DNA of 31,491 nucleotides from a virus (lineage: Duplodnaviria > Caudoviricetes): IMG/VR virus record IMGVR_UViG_3300032239_000877, positions 1 to 31,491 of that record. One strand, 5' to 3'. Below the pieces are notes generated by a model. The model was not told the origin of the DNA and did no database searches. It saw nothing but the letters and a program-made list of their open reading frames with translations. Every line of letters begins with the position of its first letter. Positions within the stretch are counted from its first letter, which is position 1. Shown in pieces: positions 25,782 to 31,491 of the stretch. The translations under genes and the position numbers were made by a program.

Positions 25782-26855
25782 ATGAGTATAGATTTAACAA
25801 CCGCAGCTCCGACACCTCCTCCACAAAAACCACACTTCGCTTTGTGGAACGCACTCAAAGTTATCTTTGGGTTCTATGTGGCTTTGTTCCTAGTCAACCT
25901 CCTGACGGTAGGGAGCGAGACTGTTCAGACGGCAAATGACGGGCTTCTTCTGACTGCCCTGCACCGCACATTTGGTGCGATGTTCGGGCTTGTGGATGTG
26001 ATGAACACCGTCAAGTCTATCGCCTTCGGGGGTCTTATCACATGGCTTGGGTTGCGGTGGGCCTTCCCTAACACCCTCGGTAGCGACTTCGGCGGGGAGT
26101 TCGACAGCGGGTGGAAATCCCTCCCAAGTACAGAAAAGACCAAGTGGATTCTTATTGCCTTCTTGGTGATATTCTTCGCCACCGTACACGGGGCTAAGGG
26201 GGAGGATCAACGCCCAGAACTCCCTCTTCCCGTAAGCGTGGAGTCAAGGGACATGATCCTTTACTACGAAGTCGGTGGCAAATCGTACTTCGAGAAACAC
26301 CTAATCCGCCCAGAGGTTCCTGCGTGGCAGACTACACCTTCTGGTGTGACGGTTGGGTTTGGCGTGGATATGGGGCAGATGACTAACGCTCAGATTTACA
26401 ATGCTTTCAATGGGGTTATCCCTCCGAGTATGGTGTCCGCCCTTCAATCCGTTCAGGGACTCAAGGGGCGTGCTGCTTATTACAACGGACTCCCTAAAGT
26501 TCGGAATGTGGTCATGGTGAGCTGGGATCAGGCAACTAAGGTGTTCGAGCGGGATACACTCCCTCGGTTTACGAAAATGACAAAGGATGCGTTTCATCTG
26601 GATTCGGATCAGTTGCACCCATCTTGTAACGGTGCCCTTACCAGTCTTGTGTTCAATCGCGGGGCTAGTTTGTCCGGAGGTAGTCGGCTGGAGATGAGGC
26701 AGATTCAAGAGGACATAGACGATGAAAAGTATTCACTTGTGCCCTCACGACTGCGTGCGATGAAGCGACTTTGGAACCCAGTTACTTTGCAGGGACTCAT
26801 ACTTCGTCGAGAAGCTGAGGCTTCAATGTTTGCAAAAGGGTTAAAACAGTCCTAG
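25782..26855 (+). CDS. Endolysin (lysozyme-like, GH24/pesticin-type) with N-terminal membrane segments
   Basis: ILYYEVG, SGVTVGFGVDMG, ALTSLVFNRG and GLILRREAEA; three hydrophobic segments in the first ~140 aa. Start uncertain. Confidence 0.82.
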   Translation: MSIDLTTAAPTPPPQKPHFALWNALKVIFGFYVALFLVNLLTVGSETVQTANDGLLLTALHRTFGAMFGLVDVMNTVKSIAFGGLITWLGLRWAFPNTLGSDFGGEFDSGWKSLPSTEKTKWILIAFLVIFFATVHGAKGEDQRPELPLPVSVESRDMILYYEVGGKSYFEKHLIRPEVPAWQTTPSGVTVGFGVDMGQMTNAQIYNAFNGVIPPSMVSALQSVQGLKGRAAYYNGLPKVRNVVMVSWDQATKVFERDTLPRFTKMTKDAFHLDSDQLHPSCNGALTSLVFNRGASLSGGSRLEMRQIQEDIDDEKYSLVPSRLRAMKRLWNPVTLQGLILRREAEASMFAKGLKQS

Positions 26856-26865
26856 ACATATTCAG

Positions 26866-27648
26866 ATGAAGCACGATCTAAAAGCCAGAAACGGTCGGAA
26901 GTACGGTCACTTTCGTGACTCTCACGACCCACGGGACTTTAAGTTTAAGGCGGTTGCGTCGTCTACACCACTTGTTCCTGTGGACTTACGAGACGAGTGC
27001 CCAGAGGTTCGTGACCAGCTCGACCTAGGTGCTTGCACGGCGTTCGGAACAACTTCCTTGGTGGACTTTGTTCGCAATAAACAGGGCCTTGCTCCGTGGG
27101 CACCAAGTCCTCTTTTCACCTACTACTGTACCCGCAAGATGGAGAAAACCATCAAGTGGGATTCTGGCGCAAGCGTTCGTGATGCTCTGAAGTCAACCGT
27201 CAACTATGGTGTTGTCAAAGAGAGCGACTGGAAATACAAACCTGCGAAGTTTGCCAAGAAGCCACCGATGCTGGTCTTCAACGGTGCTAAGATGAATCAG
27301 ACGATTCAGTATCACCGTATTCTTGACGGTGTTATCACTGACATGAAGGCGTGCTTGGCTGAGGGCTATCCCTTCATTTTTGGGTTCGAGGTGTACGACA
27401 CTTTTGAGTCTGATGTAGCCAATACCACAGGTGTCATACCGATGCCCAATAAGTCAACCGACCAACTGCTTGGGGGTCACTGCATGATGGTTGTGGGGTG
27501 GAAGCTCATCGACGGTGTTGAGTATTTCATTGCTCAGAACTCATGGAGTGACACATGGGGGGATGCAGGGTATTGCTATTTGCCAGTTGCTTACTTTGCG
27601 GACACCAGCCTGACTAGTGACCTTTGGACAATCCGCTTAATCGAATAA
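26866..27648 (+). CDS. Papain-like cysteine peptidase (C1A)
   Basis: VDLR...RDQLDLGACTAF (oxyanion Gln, catalytic Cys), GGHCMMVVGW (His), QNSWSDTWGDAGY (Asn). Confidence 0.93.
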   Translation: MKHDLKARNGRKYGHFRDSHDPRDFKFKAVASSTPLVPVDLRDECPEVRDQLDLGACTAFGTTSLVDFVRNKQGLAPWAPSPLFTYYCTRKMEKTIKWDSGASVRDALKSTVNYGVVKESDWKYKPAKFAKKPPMLVFNGAKMNQTIQYHRILDGVITDMKACLAEGYPFIFGFEVYDTFESDVANTTGVIPMPNKSTDQLLGGHCMMVVGWKLIDGVEYFIAQNSWSDTWGDAGYCYLPVAYFADTSLTSDLWTIRLIE

Positions 27649-27652
27649 CATT

Positions 27653-27850
27653 ATGATGATTGGCGTTTCAATATCCGTTTGTGCCCCATTCTCGGTACTG
27701 GATGCGTTTTCGTTTCCAGAGCCACCTTTTGTCGGGGATTTGGACGGTGGAAATGCTTTCACTACAACCTTCACTAAAGATGTGGACGGGGGCGATGCGT
27801 TCACTGACATCTTTGAACACGACCATGAAGGAGGCTCAGCCTCCACCTAA
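27653..27850 (+). CDS. Small acidic protein with three [DE]GGxA repeats, possible fibre adaptor
   Basis: MMIGVSISV N-terminus; LDGGNA, VDGGDA and HEGGSA repeats; fits between neighbours with 4-5 nt gaps. Confidence 0.65.
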   Translation: MMIGVSISVCAPFSVLDAFSFPEPPFVGDLDGGNAFTTTFTKDVDGGDAFTDIFEHDHEGGSAST

Positions 27851-27855
27851 AAAAT

Positions 27856-28245
27856 ATGTCAGACCGCATTAGAACTCGAAGAGATACCGCAGCAAACTGG
27901 CTGCTCGCAGACCCAGTTCTCCGGATGGGGGAAGCTGGGTTTGAGATTGATACAGGTAAGTCGAAGCATGGGAATAACACGTCTAGGTGGAGTGTGCTTC
28001 CTTATGATAAGGGCGCAGATCATGCTTCGGATCATGCCACTGGTGGGCCGGATGAGTTGACTCCCGACGATATTGGTGCAGCTCGCATCGACCCTCTGAC
28101 GGGCAAGGTGGATGTATCTCAGCTACCAGATAGCGTGGTATCAGCAGCCTCGGTGATTGATTCAGGTACAGGTAAGATTGATGTCTCCCTCTTACCAGAC
28201 GGGGTGGTTGTGGCGGGGACTCCTGTGTCAGGCGGTACGTACTAA
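27856..28245 (+). CDS. Short fibre protein with Mtd_N/hyaluronidase-N-like domain
   Basis: IRTRRDTAANW...PVLRMGEAGFEIDTGK.K.G....W..LPY; HASDHATGG; two IDxxTGKxDVSxLPD repeats. Confidence 0.78.
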   Translation: MSDRIRTRRDTAANWLLADPVLRMGEAGFEIDTGKSKHGNNTSRWSVLPYDKGADHASDHATGGPDELTPDDIGAARIDPLTGKVDVSQLPDSVVSAASVIDSGTGKIDVSLLPDGVVVAGTPVSGGTY

Positions 28246-28337
28246 ACACTTTGGGTTGTTCCCAAACCATCTAGGTGCCTGTGGCGGCAGGGGCGTAGAA
28301 GACTAGTAAACTCAGTAAAGCAAAAAATATCAGTATT

Positions 28338-29243
28338 ATGGCAACTCCTATTATTCCAAAAACCAATTCGGATTTACTCTCCACGTCCGCGCCACCTGCA
28401 AATGCGTTGGTGGCTGGGGAAATTGCGTCTAACGCAACCGCTGGGGATTTATACATCAAGAAGAACGACGGCACCGTTGTTCAGATCGGTAAAGTCAAAA
28501 AGGTGGCAAACGTGTCGCCTGACTCGACCGGAAACATTACGCTGGTTGCGTCTGACGTTGGTGCAATCGCGGCGTCTGAAAAAGGGGCCAATAGCGGGGT
28601 GGCTACTCTCGACAGTGCTGGTAAGCTCACCACGTCCCAGATTCCTGCTTCGCTTGTCGGAGCAGTAAACTACGTAGGGGTATGGGATGCTTCCGCTAAT
28701 AGCCCAACCCTTGCAAGCGGCGTTGGTACGAAAGGCAACTACTACAAAGTAAACGTAGCTGGTTCAACCTCTATCAATGGTCACTCTGTCTGGACGGTTG
28801 GTGATGTTATCATCTTCAACGGAACAACGTGGGATAAGATCGACGGTCAGGACTCTGAAGTTCTCACGGTTGCTGGTGTCCCTGCTAACGCATCTGGAAA
28901 CATCCCTCTTACCCCTGCGGATATTGGGGCGGTTCCAACTTCTCAGAAGGGCGTGGCGAGCGGGGTTGCTTCGCTGGGATCAGATGGGGTTCTTCCTGAG
29001 GCTCAGACGCCTATTGCTACGGCTTCCCGTGTTGGGGGCGTAAAGCAAGGCTCGAATGTAACTATTGGCCCAGATGGGACAATTAGTGCTGCAAATAGCT
29101 ACGTACTGCCAGTTGCTCTGGATGCAGTTCTTGGTGGCGTCAAGTCTGGCGATGATGTCATTGTTGATCCTGTAACAGGGGAGATGACCCTCAACTCGAA
29201 CGTGCTGCGCGACACTACTCCAGTGAGCGGGGGAACGTACTAA
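28338..29243 (+). CDS. Fibre protein (301 aa)
   Basis: LVAGEIASN...LYIK N-domain, two ~48-aa GNIxLxxxDxGA...KGxxSGVAxL repeats, GGVK repeats. Confidence 0.8.
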   Translation: MATPIIPKTNSDLLSTSAPPANALVAGEIASNATAGDLYIKKNDGTVVQIGKVKKVANVSPDSTGNITLVASDVGAIAASEKGANSGVATLDSAGKLTTSQIPASLVGAVNYVGVWDASANSPTLASGVGTKGNYYKVNVAGSTSINGHSVWTVGDVIIFNGTTWDKIDGQDSEVLTVAGVPANASGNIPLTPADIGAVPTSQKGVASGVASLGSDGVLPEAQTPIATASRVGGVKQGSNVTIGPDGTISAANSYVLPVALDAVLGGVKSGDDVIVDPVTGEMTLNSNVLRDTTPVSGGTY

Positions 29244-29273
29244 TCAGAAATAGCAGGTTGAAAGAATAAGAAT

Positions 29274-31491
29274 ATGAATTACTCAGAATCACCGATTTTA
29301 CCGGATCAGGCGACTTTAACTCGCGTCGGAGACATTGGGGACATCCCCCCAAACGACTTATCCTGTCGTGATTTTTTCGATGGGACTATTCCCGCCCGTC
29401 AGGTTCCTTCGGTGATTCTGAGGCTTGCTACAGGAGTAACCACTGGCAACGGTAGCTTCAATGCTATCACCTACTTTCAGGATTTGGGTCAAATCTCACA
29501 TCCTGTGAATGACGATAACGGTGCTTTCCCAGAGCATTTGTATGCCATTCCTATGTCTCATTTCCCCACTAGTGGGGATTATGAGTTTGGGGCACTTATA
29601 AACTTCTGGAACTCAATCGAACAGAACTCCTATTATGCAAGCGGAGAGACTACAGTTTCAATCTTATCAGCTTACACCCTTAATGGCGATGGGCTATGGA
29701 TTACAGATGGTGTATTAGAGTACCTAGATGGGTGGTACGACTTATACGGTAATTTTTCATGGCACTACGTGTCGCAAGGGACTGTCACGGACGCTGCCAG
29801 TGGCCCAATGTTCAGTCTCTCTGGGGATCAGCAGTGGCATCTATACGACTCCACAACCCATACTGACTTAGGTGTTATTTTCCTAAAGGATTCAGATGGC
29901 AACCCGATAACAGGCGTTGCTAATGTAGGTGGAGGGGTTTGGATGGACATAGTTGCAGGTGTTCCTCAGGGGAGGGCGAACGGGGTCTTCACGTTAGACG
30001 ATGGGCTGAAGCATAACGTGAATGACGGTACGGACTCAGGAACGTACTTCGGTCAGCTCCTCTTACCGGACGGGCTTGTTCACACTTTTGATAACGGGTC
30101 AGATCAGGGTGGTTCAAGTGGCGTTATTCTGTACTTGGGCAGATGGCGCAGGTTCGTGGACGGTTATGCAGTAGCATTACTTGACGGGGCTGCATACAAA
30201 GACGGTGAGCTTTGGTACTATTTTTCGGGAGGTACAAAGACGCTGGCTCAGGGTATTCATGTTTCGTCCCTAAACGGTAGGTATCACACCTACTCGGCAG
30301 GTGCAGACAACGGTGAGTTGTATGCCATAGACGGGAACGGTATCGCTATCACGGGGAATAGGAATGACCTCATGGGCGATGGTAAGTGGTACTTCTTCAA
30401 TGGAGGATACCCCACACCCCTCACTGGGTATTTGCCACTCGATTCCGGTGGGCCATTTCATGTGCTTGTGAATGGGGTTGATTTTGGGGTTGCTGGGTCA
30501 GACTCAGGGAGTACTGTATATCGAGATGGCTCAAACAACCCTCTACAAGGCGTGTGGGGGGATGGTTATCATAGACCAAATCCAGTAGGGGATGGGTATA
30601 TCCGCTACTTCACTAATGGTATCGGTGCCATTTACTCAGGCGTCATATCTGACAATGTTGGGCATCAATCTGTAGCCTCTTACGGCTTGCAAATCGCTGA
30701 CCAGTATGCGAATGGCCCATACTTACATAACGGAACTCTAGGCGATGGGTTGTGGCATAAACTGTCCACAAATGGGGGTCTCGCAGAGTTACTGAATGGG
30801 GCTTTTGTATGTGACCTGCCCCCATACGCAGACGATAAGGTCAGGTACTTCAAGGACGGAGTTCTGGTAGGGGAGGCACATCAGGGATACCACTTAGTCA
30901 ACTTCTTCAATGGGTGGTTTGGTGAGCTTTACTCTAAGTGGTGCTACGTAAACAACCTAGGCAAGGTTGATAGTGATACGTCCATGCTCCCATTTACCTT
31001 AATAGGTAATGCAGGCGATGAAGCACCCCTTTATCGTAAGGGGCTTGACGGTTCTCAGTTCTCTCCTCAAGTTCCTTCAGTTAGCTTCAACCTCGATGAG
31101 TATTGGCCTACAGAGGATGGGCTATCCTACTCAGTGGTGGGGTCAAACGATGCCGTTGAGTTTAGTATTCACCACGACTCTCCGGAAGGTGTGCTTACTA
31201 CATACGCTACTGGAAGCGTAGGGCACATCTCTGTCCCTTTATCGAACTTCGGTTCTCAGGGGCTTTATGCAATACGTGCGGTGGTAAGACGGAATAACAT
31301 CTACAATGGGGTTCCTGAGGTGTATGCGTCAGCTACCTTTTACGTGCAGTTGGCTAACGATGCTCTGGACTACACGTATGAGAATACATACGTAAACAAT
31401 ACTCTTCCATCGTTCGAGTTATCTTGGAGTAGTACAGGGGATGTGGTGGGTTGGGATCACCTACACTCTTTTAGGGTTGTCGAGGGTGACA
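29274..31491 (+). CDS. Large Gly/Asp/aromatic-rich protein, probable fibre or receptor-binding protein (truncated at window end)
   Basis: Manual translation from ATG 29274 (MNYSESPILPDQ...) has no stop through 31491 (739 codons). Absent from the ORF track because no stop is in the window. Confidence 0.85.
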   Translation, partial: MNYSESPILPDQATLTRVGDIGDIPPNDLSCRDFFDGTIPARQVPSVILRLATGVTTGNGSFNAITYFQDLGQISHPVNDDNGAFPEHLYAIPMSHFPTSGDYEFGALINFWNSIEQNSYYASGETTVSILSAYTLNGDGLWITDGVLEYLDGWYDLYGNFSWHYVSQGTVTDAASGPMFSLSGDQQWHLYDSTTHTDLGVIFLKDSDGNPITGVANVGGGVWMDIVAGVPQGRANGVFTLDDGLKHNVNDGTDSGTYFGQLLLPDGLVHTFDNGSDQGGSSGVILYLGRWRRFVDGYAVALLDGAAYKDGELWYYFSGGTKTLAQGIHVSSLNGRYHTYSAGADNGELYAIDGNGIAITGNRNDLMGDGKWYFFNGGYPTPLTGYLPLDSGGPFHVLVNGVDFGVAGSDSGSTVYRDGSNNPLQGVWGDGYHRPNPVGDGYIRYFTNGIGAIYSGVISDNVGHQSVASYGLQIADQYANGPYLHNGTLGDGLWHKLSTNGGLAELLNGAFVCDLPPYADDKVRYFKDGVLVGEAHQGYHLVNFFNGWFGELYSKWCYVNNLGKVDSDTSMLPFTLIGNAGDEAPLYRKGLDGSQFSPQVPSVSFNLDEYWPTEDGLSYSVVGSNDAVEFSIHHDSPEGVLTTYATGSVGHISVPLSNFGSQGLYAIRAVVRRNNIYNGVPEVYASATFYVQLANDALDYTYENTYVNNTLPSFELSWSSTGDVVGWDHLHSFRVVEGD

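Noticed and set aside
27856-31491. Diversity-generating retroelement suggested by the Mtd_N-like domain
   Set aside because: No reverse transcriptase and no template/variable repeat pair seen in this window.
1-31491. Stop-codon reassignment, tRNA genes, integrase, terminase
   Set aside because: Genes tile densely under the standard code and end in TAA, TAG and TGA. No tRNA, integrase or terminase was recognised; they may lie outside the window.

Overview
The window is a 31.5 kb segment of a tailed dsDNA phage (siphovirus-like), with all credible genes on the + strand. Gene order: C-terminus of a MuF-like head protein; a ~3.8 kb array of small genes, most with their own repeated promoter cassette; HK97-type prohead protease and major capsid; head-tail and tail genes, a -1 frameshifted tail chaperone and tape measure; two Ser/Gly low-complexity proteins (one 887 aa with Cys clusters); two Cys-rich proteins; two sulfotransferases, a glycosyltransferase and a Stealth-like phosphotransferase; a head-spike-base-like protein; an unusual lysis module (u-spanin architecture, stand-alone GAF domain, membrane-anchored lysozyme, papain-like peptidase); then fibre genes, the last running off the window. 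The best candidate for a new system is a virion 'proteoglycan-like' module: Ser-Gly scaffold proteins next to glycan-building and sulfating enzymes. Other notable signals are a 15-bp palindrome TTGCACGNCGTGCAA at seven sites and promoters that place the start site on the AUG (leaderless mRNA). All family calls come from motif recognition by eye; no database searches were run.
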